Assembly: GCA_963976285.1 (NCBI GenBank) | Contig: CAXBJY010000005.1 | Location: 75,242-139,241, forward strand | DNA length: 64,000 nt | Direction: 5' to 3' | Source: an uncultured Gammaproteobacteria bacterium | Lineage (GTDB): Bacteria; Pseudomonadota; Gammaproteobacteria; Ga0077536 | Part shown: one piece after another, positions 28,768 to 39,276 of the stretch | How the letters are laid out: each line of letters opens with the position of its first letter | How positions within the stretch are numbered: the stretch's first letter is position 1 | Program-made: the position numbers and the translations under genes | Notes under the pieces: model-generated | The model's database searches: none | What the model was told of the DNA's origin: nothing | What the model saw: the letters and a program-made list of their open reading frames with translations, nothing else

Positions 28768-29252
28768 CGGAGCATGACGCGCGAGCCTTTCATCAGGCCG
28801 TCGCGGAAGCGTGGTCCCCACGAGCCCCATTCGTCCGCGTACTTTTTCGCGTAAACATCGAGGACCGCCGCTTGCGCGGTGGCATCTTCCTCGAAGCGTC
28901 CTTCGATCACGAGATAGGGTGCGGAGCGGTAGCGCTCTTTCGCGCGCTTCCACACGCCGAACTCGCCGATCCAGATCGCCGCGCGGCGCAGACCGCGGCG
29001 TATCGCTTCCGCCCGCCACGCGTCGGAACGGGTGACGACGTAAACGTCGCCGGCGTGATGGACAAACCAGACTTCGCCGTGACACGCACTCTCCGCACCG
29101 TCGGATTGCAGCGGTGACAGATAAATCAGCTGTGACTTGTCGAGAAACGCGACGGCCGGCGACGTCGCCGCCGTTACTGGCCTGACGCCGCTGAAACCGG
29201 CAGTCAGGAGTGCGGCCGCGCCGCCGAGGATCTGTCTTCGATTAATCGCCAT
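28749..29252 (-). CDS. Tat-exported hypothetical protein (PNPOx/DUF2255-like)
   Basis: NRRQILGG Tat motif; GEVWFV, YAKKY. Confidence 0.65.
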   Translation of the reverse strand: MAINRRQILGGAAALLTAGFSGVRPVTAATSPAVAFLDKSQLIYLSPLQSDGAESACHGEVWFVHHAGDVYVVTRSDAWRAEAIRRGLRRAAIWIGEFGVWKRAKERYRSAPYLVIEGRFEEDATAQAAVLDVYAKKYADEWGSWGPRFRDGLMKGSRVMLRYTVPG

Positions 29253-29316
29253 CGGTGTTATTCCTCGAATCAGGGTTATCCAGGGGTAAACCGGCCGTCA
29301 CCGCAAACCCGTGCGA

Positions 29317-29736
29317 TTACGCCGTGAAACGCGCCCGCGCGCGCCACAATGCGATCATCGGGATCGCGAACAGTGCCGCAGCGACGAGTCCGCCAACGAT
29401 ACCGCGGCCGTTCGGATTGATCACGTTCCAGACGAACATCGCGATCACGACCTGGCCGGCGTAGACCGCGGCCCACGGCCACATCCACGCTTTCATTTTC
29501 CAGAACCCCCACGCCCCGGCGCCGTAGATCAGCCAGTGCAGGGGTTCCGTTGCTTTCGCCCACCAGCCGGTCAATGCGACGCCAAACCAGATTTCGTGGT
29601 CGTGTGCCACCGGTTTGAAGAAAACGTCGAACGGCATGTACACGAACGTCATGTAACAGCAGAAGTAGAACAGCACGTTGATCCACCAGGGGCGGGATGC
29701 CCAATCGTTCCGGATCACAGTGAGGGTCTTCGTCAT
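29317..29736 (-). CDS. Small integral membrane protein
   Basis: About 4 hydrophobic, Trp-rich segments. Confidence 0.7.
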   Translation of the reverse strand: MTKTLTVIRNDWASRPWWINVLFYFCCYMTFVYMPFDVFFKPVAHDHEIWFGVALTGWWAKATEPLHWLIYGAGAWGFWKMKAWMWPWAAVYAGQVVIAMFVWNVINPNGRGIVGGLVAAALFAIPMIALWRARARFTA

Positions 29737-30220
29737 GTCAGTTGCGGGCTCCGTTACGTCGTCGGCGACGTGCTGCACCATTCCCGTCCGCAATGCCGCG
29801 CCGCTTTCGCCCGGGCATTGCCTGCGGTCTTCGCCGGGCCACGCGCTCGAACCGCGTGTTGCCAGGAAGGATAGCACCGCCGCTCGGGTTCAGGCGTATG
29901 CGCGGACACTAATCGTTAACCGGCTGCCTGGGGTGACCGCCCCGCCGGACCGGTTCGAGCCTGGCGCGCGGCGCCCGTACCGGAGATTCGCCACCGGCTG
30001 CCGCGCCGTCGCGCGCGACGGCGCGTACCCCGCAAGCCCGTCGCCAGGGATTGCCTGCCGGCGACGCGAACGGCGTGCCGGCCAGCCATCTGCGCGGCAG
30101 ATGCGCCGCAACGACACCCTGTCATGTCGGCCCACGGGAGCGTCCGGGTCACATCGGCCGGTATCCCGTAACCGCCGTATCGGTCAGACTATTCCGGACG
30201 TCCACGACAGGAACAAAGCC

Positions 30221-30712
30221 ATGCCCGAGACAAACACGACTGAGTATCGGCTCGCGATCACGCACACGATCCAGGAAGTCGCGCGCGCGTTTGACGACAA
30301 GTTGCACCACGAACTGTTACCGCAGGTCTTCACGGACGACGCAACGGTGCTGTACCGTCTGCGCGGGCAGCGGTTCGATTTCTCGATGCCGGATGGTCCG
30401 GCCAAAGTGAAGTACTTCCACGATCGGTGTTACTGGACGCAACATCTCGTGTCGCCGCAGGTCATGTCCGTCGATGGCGATCGAGCGATTGCAAGATCCC
30501 CGGTGCATGCGCTGCACCTGCAAATCCGCGATGACGGTTCACAAAATCACTGGGTAATCGGCGCCGTGTATCACGATGAGCTCGTGCGCCAAAACGGGCA
30601 GTGGCGGATCGCGAAGCGGCTGGCGCTGTGCCCGTACGTCGAGGGTGATTTTCTTACGGACGGGGTGAGGACGTTTCCGGTTTTGCCGGATCTCGATAGC
30701 GAGACAATTTAA
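30221..30712 (+). CDS. SnoaL/NTF2-like protein
   Basis: ARAFDD..VFTDDA, TQHLV, YHDELVR..GQWRIAKR. Confidence 0.85.
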   Translation: MPETNTTEYRLAITHTIQEVARAFDDKLHHELLPQVFTDDATVLYRLRGQRFDFSMPDGPAKVKYFHDRCYWTQHLVSPQVMSVDGDRAIARSPVHALHLQIRDDGSQNHWVIGAVYHDELVRQNGQWRIAKRLALCPYVEGDFLTDGVRTFPVLPDLDSETI

Positions 30713-30727
30713 GCGCCGACCGTGCCG

Positions 30728-31015
30728 CTAGCCGAACCAGTACAGCGCGAGCACGGTGCCGCACACGATCAGCACCCAGGCATCCGCGAGTAGTTTCAGC
30801 GGCAGCGCGGCGGTGCGCACTTCCATGAAATAACGCAGCACGAAACGCACCTTGATAAACGCGACCGCGATCAACGCACTCGACACGAGGCGGATATCCG
30901 TGCCCGGTCCGCCGCCGTCGCTGCCCATCCACCACGACAAGCCCGTTGCGGCCACGAGCAGCAACCAGATCGGGGTGACCCGGTTACGCAACAGCGTGGC
31001 TACGGAACCGTTCAT
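30728..31015 (-). CDS. Cytochrome c oxidase subunit IV-family small membrane protein
   Basis: WLLLVAAT..SW, AFIKVRFVLRYFMEVR. Confidence 0.75.
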   Translation of the reverse strand: MNGSVATLLRNRVTPIWLLLVAATGLSWWMGSDGGGPGTDIRLVSSALIAVAFIKVRFVLRYFMEVRTAALPLKLLADAWVLIVCGTVLALYWFG

Positions 31016-31605
31016 TGCAACAGGTACAGCAGCGGAAACAGGACGATCCACAACAGGTCGACCATATGCCAGTAGATCGCGCCGCTTTCGAAGATGCGCA
31101 ACTCGCCCGCCGATTCGACCCCCGCGCGTACCATCGACACGAGGTAAGTCAAAACGCCGAGTCCGATGATCACGTGGACGAAGTGCAGCCCCGTGAAGAT
31201 GTAGTAATACATATAGAAATCGTTCGTCATGATCCCGATGCCGGCGCCGAGTTTTTCGCCGTACTCGACGATCTTGACGATCGAAAAACCAATTCCGCAC
31301 AGCATCGCGAGGCCGAGCAGGCGTGTGGCGTAGCGTCCCGCGTGTTCGCGTACGTCGATCACCGCAAGCACGACGAACCAGGAACTGAACAACAACAGCA
31401 GCGTATTCACGGCGCCGTAGTTCTGGTTCAGCGTTGCCTGCGATGCCCGGTACAGCTCGACGTCGAGACCGCGGTAATACGCGAAGACACTGAAGAACAG
31501 GCCAAACACGAACATATCGCCGAGCACGAACACCCACACCCCGACTTCGCCCGGGATCGCGTGGTGGTCTGCCGGCGCCTGCGCGGTGATCGTGCCGTCC
31601 GTCAT
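31012..31605 (-). CDS. Cytochrome c oxidase subunit III/NorE-family protein
   Basis: GVWVFVLGD, NTLLLLFSS, KIVEY, TGLHFVHV, YWHMVDLLW. Confidence 0.88.
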   Translation of the reverse strand: MTDGTITAQAPADHHAIPGEVGVWVFVLGDMFVFGLFFSVFAYYRGLDVELYRASQATLNQNYGAVNTLLLLFSSWFVVLAVIDVREHAGRYATRLLGLAMLCGIGFSIVKIVEYGEKLGAGIGIMTNDFYMYYYIFTGLHFVHVIIGLGVLTYLVSMVRAGVESAGELRIFESGAIYWHMVDLLWIVLFPLLYLLQ

Positions 31606-31606
31606 C

Positions 31607-32296
31607 TCAGGCGCTTGCCGGGGTGCGGATCGCCTTGATCAGGGCAAAGAACATGACGATGTACCACAGGAAAAATACCGTGAGCGGCAGCCAGAACGCG
31701 AGCAGGCCGTTCCAGGCGAACGGTCCCGTTTTGAAGAACGTCAGCAAGCCGCCCGGTATAAACAGAATCGCGACCCAGATGTTGAAATACCCGACCCAGC
31801 GCGCGAACACCGGACGCTCGTGCTTGTCCGATACGATCGCGAGGCCAATCGCGACGAGTTGCACGAAAAACGGCGGGAACGTCATGATCAGCATGATCCA
31901 GCCGAAGTCGTTCATCAGCTGGATCAGCTCGGGAGCACGCTCCGGCCGGAACGCCGCCACGGTCCAGATCATGATCGGGACGGTGAGGAAAACAACCGTC
32001 ACGGCGCCGGCGACGAGCTGGCTTGCGGTCAACACGGGGAAGTCGCGCTCCGTGCGCCGCAGTTGTATGCCGATGACGGCGATCCACGGAATCGTCAGCG
32101 AGGCGCTGAACATCGTGATCAACAGACCGAAGCGAATCGCGCCGGTATTTTCGCCGTAGAACTTCGCGATCGCCGCCGCATCGAGTGACGGCGACGGCGC
32201 CGGTACGAGCCCGGCGATAATGATCCAGCCGAGTGTGAACAGGGCGACGAATGCGGCACCACAAATGACACACGCGATTTGCGTCTTCATGTTCAT
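31607..32296 (-). CDS. Conserved hypothetical membrane protein
   Basis: 5-6 TM helices; translationally coupled to the subunit III gene. Confidence 0.75.
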   Translation of the reverse strand: MNMKTQIACVICGAAFVALFTLGWIIIAGLVPAPSPSLDAAAIAKFYGENTGAIRFGLLITMFSASLTIPWIAVIGIQLRRTERDFPVLTASQLVAGAVTVVFLTVPIMIWTVAAFRPERAPELIQLMNDFGWIMLIMTFPPFFVQLVAIGLAIVSDKHERPVFARWVGYFNIWVAILFIPGGLLTFFKTGPFAWNGLLAFWLPLTVFFLWYIVMFFALIKAIRTPASA

Positions 32297-32340
32297 GACT
32301 GTACTCCCCGGGTGGCGGACGCCGTGGCGGCGTTCCGCTT

Positions 32341-33081
32341 CTAGTTGTGGACACCGCCATCAACGGTGAATTCGCTGCCGGTGCAGTAGGAACTCTCGTC
32401 GCCGGCAAGGAACAGCGCGAGATTCGCGACCTCGAGCGCGGTGGCCGTGCGTCCGAGCGGGATCGACTTGACGACCCGATCGAGTTTGCCGGCCTGTATA
32501 TACGGCAGATCCTGCATCATGTCCGTGTCGATCAGGCCCGGGTGGATCGAGTTGACCCGAATGTTGTAGCGACCGAGTTCCTGAGCGGCGACCTTCGTCA
32601 TGCCGCGTACGGCCCATTTGCTCGCGCCGTAGGCGGTGCAGTTGCGCGTACCTTCGAGCCCGGCGACCGACGAGATGTTCACGATCGAACCGCCGCGATC
32701 GGCCTGCTTCATCGCCGCGGCGATCGTTTTCATGCCGAGAAAAACACCGACCTGATTAATCTCGACGACCCGGTTGTAATCCTCGAGCGTCGTGTCGAGC
32801 AGCGGGGCGGACATGAAGACCCCGGCGTTGTTCACGAGGACATCGACGCCGCCGTGGGCGGCGACCGTGGCGTTGCACACGTTCTGCCATCCGGCTTCAT
32901 CGCGCACGTCGAGATGATGGTAGCTCGCACCGAGGTCCGCGGCGACGCGTTCGCCGGCGTCATCGAGCACATCCGTAACGACGACCGTTGCCCCCTCGGC
33001 GGCGAACAGCCGGGCTTCCGCTTCGCCCTGGCCCCGCGCGGCGCCGGTAATGATTGCGACCTTCCCGTCGAGTCTGCCCAT
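32341..33081 (-). CDS. SDR oxidoreductase (3alpha,20beta-HSD-like)
   Basis: TGAARGQG, NNAG, YGASK, NSIHPG. Confidence 0.93.
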   Translation of the reverse strand: MGRLDGKVAIITGAARGQGEAEARLFAAEGATVVVTDVLDDAGERVAADLGASYHHLDVRDEAGWQNVCNATVAAHGGVDVLVNNAGVFMSAPLLDTTLEDYNRVVEINQVGVFLGMKTIAAAMKQADRGGSIVNISSVAGLEGTRNCTAYGASKWAVRGMTKVAAQELGRYNIRVNSIHPGLIDTDMMQDLPYIQAGKLDRVVKSIPLGRTATALEVANLALFLAGDESSYCTGSEFTVDGGVHN

Positions 33082-33158
33082 TGTTGTTTTTCTCCTTGCG
33101 TTAAATTCGTAGCGGGCAATCATCCCAGACGCAGACCGTCGGGGCCATACACCGCGGT

Positions 33159-34130
33159 TCAGTCTGAACGATCGCCCGCCGCGATCAGGGCGTCGAGTTC
33201 CGCGATCGCGGCCCGCGCGGCATCGCCTTCGGGGATCGGCGCCCCGGAATCGCGCCACTCGACCGCGGATTTGAAACCATGCGCTTCGGCCTGGCGACGG
33301 AACCACATGCCCTCGGGATTATGTCGCGTGATGCCGTCGAACAGCGTCGACAGGGTCTGGCTCGACAGTAAACCCATGCGCTCTACCGCTTCGTTGACGA
33401 CCATTTTCTGCATCTGCAGCATGCCGTGCGGCACTGCCGCCATCCGGTTTGCGAGTCGATTCACGGCCTCGTCGAGCTGTTCCGGCGCCGTTGCTTCACT
33501 GACGAGTCCCCAGCGTTCGGCGGTCGTACCGTCGATCAGATCGCCGGTGAGCAACAGGCGTTTCGCGCGTTCGGGCCCGAGGCGGTAGGTCCACTGCGCT
33601 GTCGTCGGACAGCCCCACACGCGGGTCGGCATGTAGCCGATGCGCGCACTGTCTTCCATGATCACGAGATCGCAGCACAGCGCGATGTCGGACCCGCCGG
33701 CGATCGCGTATTTGTGCACGCGCGCGATCGTCGGTTTTGGTGAACGCCACAGGCTCATGAAATCGTCCGTATACGCACGCATCGTGCGGTAGTCCGCCAT
33801 CGGGTCCCACGGTTGCGCTTCCTGACGGCACGCGTGTTCGAGTCCCGACTCCGCGAACTGGACGATGTCGTAGCCGGCACAGAACGCGGGACCGGCGCCC
33901 TGCAGGACGATCACATGGATCTCGTCGCAAGCGTTCGCGGCGTCGACGGCGCGGCGGATGTCGCCGGGCGTATCGAGTCCGATCGCGTTCAGACGTTGCG
34001 GGCGGTTGAATGTGATGCGTGCGATGCGCGGATTTTCCGCATCGTGGCGCACGCTCAGCGACGAATAGTCGCCGCCGTTCGCGAGTGGCCGACCGGCGTC
34101 GGGGTCCGCGCCATTGTGATCGCCTGGCAT
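33159..34130 (-). CDS. Crotonase/enoyl-CoA hydratase family protein
   Basis: TFNRPQRLNA, FCAGYD, AGGSDIALCCD. Confidence 0.9.
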   Translation of the reverse strand: MPGDHNGADPDAGRPLANGGDYSSLSVRHDAENPRIARITFNRPQRLNAIGLDTPGDIRRAVDAANACDEIHVIVLQGAGPAFCAGYDIVQFAESGLEHACRQEAQPWDPMADYRTMRAYTDDFMSLWRSPKPTIARVHKYAIAGGSDIALCCDLVIMEDSARIGYMPTRVWGCPTTAQWTYRLGPERAKRLLLTGDLIDGTTAERWGLVSEATAPEQLDEAVNRLANRMAAVPHGMLQMQKMVVNEAVERMGLLSSQTLSTLFDGITRHNPEGMWFRRQAEAHGFKSAVEWRDSGAPIPEGDAARAAIAELDALIAAGDRSD

Positions 34131-34292
34131 GTTTCGTCCTCCGGAGTTCGTACACATCGACGTGTGTTGCGCCGGTCACATTAACCGCGAACCCGGCACG
34201 TCGTCGAGCGCGAATCGGTTACGGCGGCTTTCGAGTACACTGCCGCGACAACGAACGCGAACGCGAACAAGCCCCCCGCGAAGGAGACCGAG

Positions 34293-35297
34293 ATGCCGTT
34301 AACCGTAAGACCCGACTGGCTCGCGCAGGTGCACGAAGACATCGTTGATCCCGAGCGGCGTATCGTCGATCCGCATCATCATTTCTTCGTCGCGAGCGAG
34401 GATTTCCCACATTACGAACTGAGCGACCTGTGCGCCGATACCGCATCGCACAACGTGGAACAGACGGTGTATCTGCAGTGCTGGGAAGGCTATCGCAGCG
34501 ACGGACCCGAAGAACTGCGTGTCGTCGGTGAAACGGAATGGGTCGACGGCATCGCGCACGAAGCGCGGAAGAATCCGCACGCCGTGCAGATTGGCGGCAT
34601 CATGGGGACGGCGGAGCTGCGTCTCGGCGCGGCTATGCGGCCGGTCCTCGAAGCGCATTGCGCGGCGAGTTCCCTGTTCCGCGGGATCCGCCAGGCGGCG
34701 GCGTGGGACGCGGACGAAACGATCATGTCGATGCCCGGGATCGACAGCGCGGCACTGTATGCGGACCCGGATTTTCGCGCCGGGGCCGCCGTCCTCGCGG
34801 ACATGGGGCTCGTGTTCGACGCGTATCACTACCATCATCAAACGCCACACCTGATCGCTCTCGCGCGCGCACTGCCCGGCTTGTCGATCGTGCTCGACCA
34901 TCTCGGCACGCCGCTCGGGGTCGGTCCCTATGCCGGCCGCCGCGATGAAATTTTCACGCACTGGGCGCGTGACATCGCTGAGCTCGCCACCTGCCCGAAC
35001 GTGACGATGAAACTCGGCGGGCTCGCGATGCCATGGAACGGCTTCGGTTATGACGACGCCGAACGCCCGCCGACCTCGGACGAACTCGTCGCCGCGCAAT
35101 CACGCTATTACGACTATGCGATTGAACAATTCGGGCCGCAACGTTGCATGTTCGAAAGCAATTTTCCGGTCGATAAATGCGCGCTGTCCTACAACGTACT
35201 GTGGAATGCGTTCAAGAAGATGGTCAGCGCTTACAGCGAGGCGGAACGCGATGCCATGTTCCGTGGCACGGCGACCCGGGTGTACGCGCTGAGCTAA
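34293..35297 (+). CDS. Amidohydrolase family protein
   Basis: VDPHHH, VLDHLG, CMFESNFPVD. Confidence 0.9.
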   Translation: MPLTVRPDWLAQVHEDIVDPERRIVDPHHHFFVASEDFPHYELSDLCADTASHNVEQTVYLQCWEGYRSDGPEELRVVGETEWVDGIAHEARKNPHAVQIGGIMGTAELRLGAAMRPVLEAHCAASSLFRGIRQAAAWDADETIMSMPGIDSAALYADPDFRAGAAVLADMGLVFDAYHYHHQTPHLIALARALPGLSIVLDHLGTPLGVGPYAGRRDEIFTHWARDIAELATCPNVTMKLGGLAMPWNGFGYDDAERPPTSDELVAAQSRYYDYAIEQFGPQRCMFESNFPVDKCALSYNVLWNAFKKMVSAYSEAERDAMFRGTATRVYALS

Positions 35298-35309
35298 TAC
35301 GCGGGGGCC

Positions 35310-36320
35310 TCAGGTCTTGCCGAAACCATTGATGAACTCGACCCCGGCTGCCGCATCGAGCGTGGCGTAGGCCGCGGACGTGCGGTCGATCACGTCGCCG
35401 TAGCGCGTCTCGATCTGCGCCGCGAGATCGGCCGGCGCGCCGCGGACGGCAAATTCGTCGAGCACGTCATCGGTGATCACTTCGCCCATCGCGGTCCAGT
35501 CGCCCTGTTTCGACATCGCGTTCAGGGTTGGCTGGATCTCACCGGCGCCGATGGAATCGAGTACGGGTTTGTACGCGGGGGTCGAGCCATAAAACGCGAT
35601 CTGCTGGCGCATCTGCGTGGCCGCTTCTGCGAGCTCGCGCTCATCACGTCCGGTGATTGAAAATACGGGATAGGAAATTTCGAAATCCGCGCGCGATTTA
35701 CCGGCTTTCGCGAGACCCCGTTCGAGCGCGGGCAGCGTTACGTTGCGTAAATACGCCGCGGTCGTGAAGCCGTGCACGATCAGTCCGTCGGCAACTTCGC
35801 CGACGACTTCCGTCATCCGCGGCCCGACCGCCGCGAGATAGACCTTCGGCGCGCCGTGCTCGATGTTCGTCGGGGTAAAGAACGGGGTCATCAATGTATG
35901 GGTATAGAACTCACCGCTGAAATCGAGCGGTGCTCCTGTGTGCCAGCAATTCCAGATCGCACGCAGCGCGAGAATAAACTCGCGCATGCGCGCGGCCGGC
36001 GCGGACCACGGCATCGAGAACCGCTTCGTGATGTGCGGACGAATCTGCGAACCGAGGCCGAGGATGAAACGGCCGCCGGATGCCGCGTTCAAGTCGTGAC
36101 CGACGTGCGCGAGCGTCATCGGTGAGCGCGCGAACGCGACCGCGATCCCGGTGATCAAATCGATCGAGCGCGTCGTGTAAGCGGCCGCGAGCAGCGGCAG
36201 AAACGGGTCATGGGCTGTCTCGATGGCTTTCAGCCCGGCGTAACCGAGTGCTTCGAGTTCCTGTGCCTCGGCGCCGGCCTGGCCGAGGTCCCACGTGATA
36301 CCGGTATCTACTTTCATCAA
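35310..36320 (-). CDS. LLM-class, probable F420-dependent oxidoreductase (TIGR03617-like)
   Basis: ETAHDPF, AFARSPM, LGLGSQIRPHI, QIAFYGSTPAY. Confidence 0.85.
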   Translation of the reverse strand: MMKVDTGITWDLGQAGAEAQELEALGYAGLKAIETAHDPFLPLLAAAYTTRSIDLITGIAVAFARSPMTLAHVGHDLNAASGGRFILGLGSQIRPHITKRFSMPWSAPAARMREFILALRAIWNCWHTGAPLDFSGEFYTHTLMTPFFTPTNIEHGAPKVYLAAVGPRMTEVVGEVADGLIVHGFTTAAYLRNVTLPALERGLAKAGKSRADFEISYPVFSITGRDERELAEAATQMRQQIAFYGSTPAYKPVLDSIGAGEIQPTLNAMSKQGDWTAMGEVITDDVLDEFAVRGAPADLAAQIETRYGDVIDRTSAAYATLDAAAGVEFINGFGKT

Positions 36321-36490
36321 TGCGTTGCCCCCGATTCGATCGCGATGGCGCCGTGCGCCGGTGGTTTCGCGTTATTGTAACCACCCTGAACGCTCTGCTG
36401 CCGTCTTGACTCGGCGCAACGCGAGCGCCAAAGTGACCATAGATTCCCGCGGCGACGGGCCCCGAGGCGTGATTAATTGGAGGATTCCTC

Positions 36491-36970
36491 ATGACAAGGA
36501 TCACGGTTAACGGCCGGCTACACGACGTCGATGCCGCGTCCGACACCCCGTTGTTATGGGTGCTGCGCGATCACCTCGGCATGACCGGCACGAAGTTCGG
36601 TTGCGGGGTCGCCGCATGCGGCTCCTGCACCGTGTTGCTCGACGGTGCGCCCGTACGCAGCTGTGTGCTGCCGCTCGGCGCGCTCAACGACCAGTCGATC
36701 ACGACGATCGAAGGGCTCGCGAACGACACGCGTCTGCATCCCGTGCAACAGGCCTGGATCGACCATCAGGTACCCCAATGCGGCTATTGCCAGTCCGGCA
36801 TGCTCCTCGCCGCCGCGGCACTGCTCGAGAACAACCCGCACCCGGATGAAGCCGATATCGAGCGCGCGGTGACGAACATCTGTCGTTGCGGTACGTACCC
36901 GCGGGTGAAGCGGGCGATCCTCGCGCTCGGCGACGGCGCCGCGGCGAACGCGCGGGAGGACGGCGCATGA
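36491..36970 (+). CDS. (2Fe-2S) subunit of IorA/xanthine-dehydrogenase-family enzyme
   Basis: GTKFGCG..ACGSCTV, QCGYCQSG, NICRCG. Confidence 0.93.
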   Translation: MTRITVNGRLHDVDAASDTPLLWVLRDHLGMTGTKFGCGVAACGSCTVLLDGAPVRSCVLPLGALNDQSITTIEGLANDTRLHPVQQAWIDHQVPQCGYCQSGMLLAAAALLENNPHPDEADIERAVTNICRCGTYPRVKRAILALGDGAAANAREDGA

Positions 36971-39243
36971 ATGCGGGTCACAACAAGGGGCGTCGCCGCT
37001 TTCTGATCGCGACCGGCGCGCTCGGTGGTGCGCTCGTCGTCGGCTCGTGGTGGGTGTACCGCAAGCGCGACATGCTGACAGCGCCGGACGCGCTCGAGGC
37101 CGGACCCGGCGAAGCGATTTTCAACGCGTGGCTGAAGATCGACAGTTATGGCCGCATCGTCGTGCAGGTACCGCGGCAGGAAATGGGGCAGGGGGTCACA
37201 ACGGCGCTGCCGATGCTCGTGGCGGAAGAACTCGACGCAAACTTTGCCGACGTCACGTTCGAACAGGCGCCGATCGCCGATATTTACGGCAACGCGCTCA
37301 TGTTCGGTGAAGGCGTGCCGTTCCGGCCGGAAGACGACAGTTTTATCGCCGAGATGAATCGCCTCACGCAGTTCAAGGTCGGGCGTATTCTCGGCCTGCA
37401 GGCAACCGGCGGCTCAACGAGCGTACGTGACGCGTGGGAACCGATGCGGCAGGCCGGCGCGACAGCACGCGCGATGCTCGTGGCCGCGGCGGCCGAACGC
37501 TTCGGCGTGCCGGTCGCGCAGTGCACCGTGGCGGGAAGCGTCATCAGCGCCGGCAGCCAATCGGCATCGTTCGGTGAACTCGCCGGGGCCGCGAGCGCAT
37601 TGCGACCGCCGTCGGACGTGTCGTTGAAGTCGCGCGAACAGTTCAAAATCCTCGGCACCTCACCGCCCCGCATCGACATCCCGGCCAAGGTGGACGGCTC
37701 GGCTGTCTACGGCATCGATGTGCAGCCGCCGGGCATGGTGTACGGCGCGATCGCGCAGAGCCCGGTCATGGGTGGCGCGGTCCGGAAAGTCGACCGCGCC
37801 CGGGTCGTCGAAAAGCCGGGTGTGCGGGCAGTGCTCGAATTGCCCGCGACGAGTATGTCGGAAGCCGCCGTCGTCGTCGTTGCTGAACATTACTGGCAGG
37901 CGAAAACCGCGCTCGACGAACTACCCGTCGAGTGGTCGCCTGGACCACATGCAAGTCACGACACCGACGAACAACGCGCGCGCTATGCCGCGCGGCTCGA
38001 CGCCGAAGACGGGCGCGTATACGACGGAGCGGGAGAACCGGAACAGGGATTCGCGCAAGCCGCAACCGTCGTCGAGGCGGACTACTACGCGCCGTATCTC
38101 GCCCATGCGACGATGGAACCGATCAACTGCACGACCGTTGTCCGCTCCGACGGTACGGCCGAGGCCTGGGTTGGCAATCAGGCGCCGACGGTTGCACGCT
38201 GGGTCACGGCGAAAGCGGCGGGCCTCGAAACAGAAAACGTGACGCTGCATACCCCGTATCTCGGCGGTGGTTTCGGACGGCGGGGCGAAATGGACGTTGT
38301 CATGCAGGCCGCGATGGTCGCGCGCGAACTCCCCGACACCCCGGTGCAGTTGATCTGGTCGCGGGAAGAGGACATTCGCCACGATTTATACCGGCCGATG
38401 GGGAGTGCGAAGTTGCGTGCCGGTCTCGACGAGAGCGGGAGTCTCGTCGCGCTCGACGCGAAAATCGCCGGGCAGTCGTGCGTGTATTCGATCACGGCGC
38501 GGCTCATGCCGGGTGCGGAATCGACGCTGCTGAAGGACAAGACGACGGCCGAGGGTCTGTTCGATCTGCCGTATGGGGTAGCGCACCGTCGGATCGCCCA
38601 GATCACGACGGAAGAGCCGATCAAGGTCGGCTTCTGGCGCAGCGTCGGGCACAGCCACCATGCGTTTTTCGCCGAAGGCTTCATCGACGAATGCGCCGTC
38701 GCGGCAGGTCAGGACCCGGTTGCGTTCCGCAGCGCATTACTGGACCACGCACCGCGACACCGGGCCGTACTCGAACTCGCGGCCGCGCGCGCGAACTGGG
38801 GATCGGCATTGCCGGCGAACCACGGTCGCGGCATCGCGCTGGCCGAGAGCTTCGGCTCGATTTGCGCGCAGGTAGCGGAAGTCGAAGTGATCGGCAGCGA
38901 CGTTCGCGTCCACCGGGTCGTGTGCGCAATCGATTGCGGCTTCGCGATCAATCCGGATACCGTCGTCGCGCAAATGGAAAGCGGTATCATCTACGGCCTG
39001 ACGGCCGCGTTGTATGGCGAAATTACGTTCCGTAACGGACGCGTGCAGCAATCGAATTTCCCCGACTACAACATGGTCAGGCTCGACAACTCACCGACGA
39101 TCGAAGTGCACATCGTCGAATCCGGAGTCGAACATCTCGGTGGTATCGGTGAGCCGGGAACACCGCCAATCGCGCCGGCCGTGTGTAACGCAATCCATGC
39201 GGCGTGCGGCAAGCGCCTGCGTACACTGCCGATCCGGGTCTGA
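36967..39243 (+). CDS. Molybdopterin subunit, IorB/aldehyde dehydrogenase family, Tat signal
   Basis: GRRRFL, EMGQG, TGGSTS, GGGFGRR, GFWRSV, GIGEPG; ATGA overlap with the upstream gene. Confidence 0.93.
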   Translation: MNAGHNKGRRRFLIATGALGGALVVGSWWVYRKRDMLTAPDALEAGPGEAIFNAWLKIDSYGRIVVQVPRQEMGQGVTTALPMLVAEELDANFADVTFEQAPIADIYGNALMFGEGVPFRPEDDSFIAEMNRLTQFKVGRILGLQATGGSTSVRDAWEPMRQAGATARAMLVAAAAERFGVPVAQCTVAGSVISAGSQSASFGELAGAASALRPPSDVSLKSREQFKILGTSPPRIDIPAKVDGSAVYGIDVQPPGMVYGAIAQSPVMGGAVRKVDRARVVEKPGVRAVLELPATSMSEAAVVVVAEHYWQAKTALDELPVEWSPGPHASHDTDEQRARYAARLDAEDGRVYDGAGEPEQGFAQAATVVEADYYAPYLAHATMEPINCTTVVRSDGTAEAWVGNQAPTVARWVTAKAAGLETENVTLHTPYLGGGFGRRGEMDVVMQAAMVARELPDTPVQLIWSREEDIRHDLYRPMGSAKLRAGLDESGSLVALDAKIAGQSCVYSITARLMPGAESTLLKDKTTAEGLFDLPYGVAHRRIAQITTEEPIKVGFWRSVGHSHHAFFAEGFIDECAVAAGQDPVAFRSALLDHAPRHRAVLELAAARANWGSALPANHGRGIALAESFGSICAQVAEVEVIGSDVRVHRVVCAIDCGFAINPDTVVAQMESGIIYGLTAALYGEITFRNGRVQQSNFPDYNMVRLDNSPTIEVHIVESGVEHLGGIGEPGTPPIAPAVCNAIHAACGKRLRTLPIRV

Positions 39244-39276
39244 CGGCGGCGTCCATTACGGTATGCACGAAACTCC

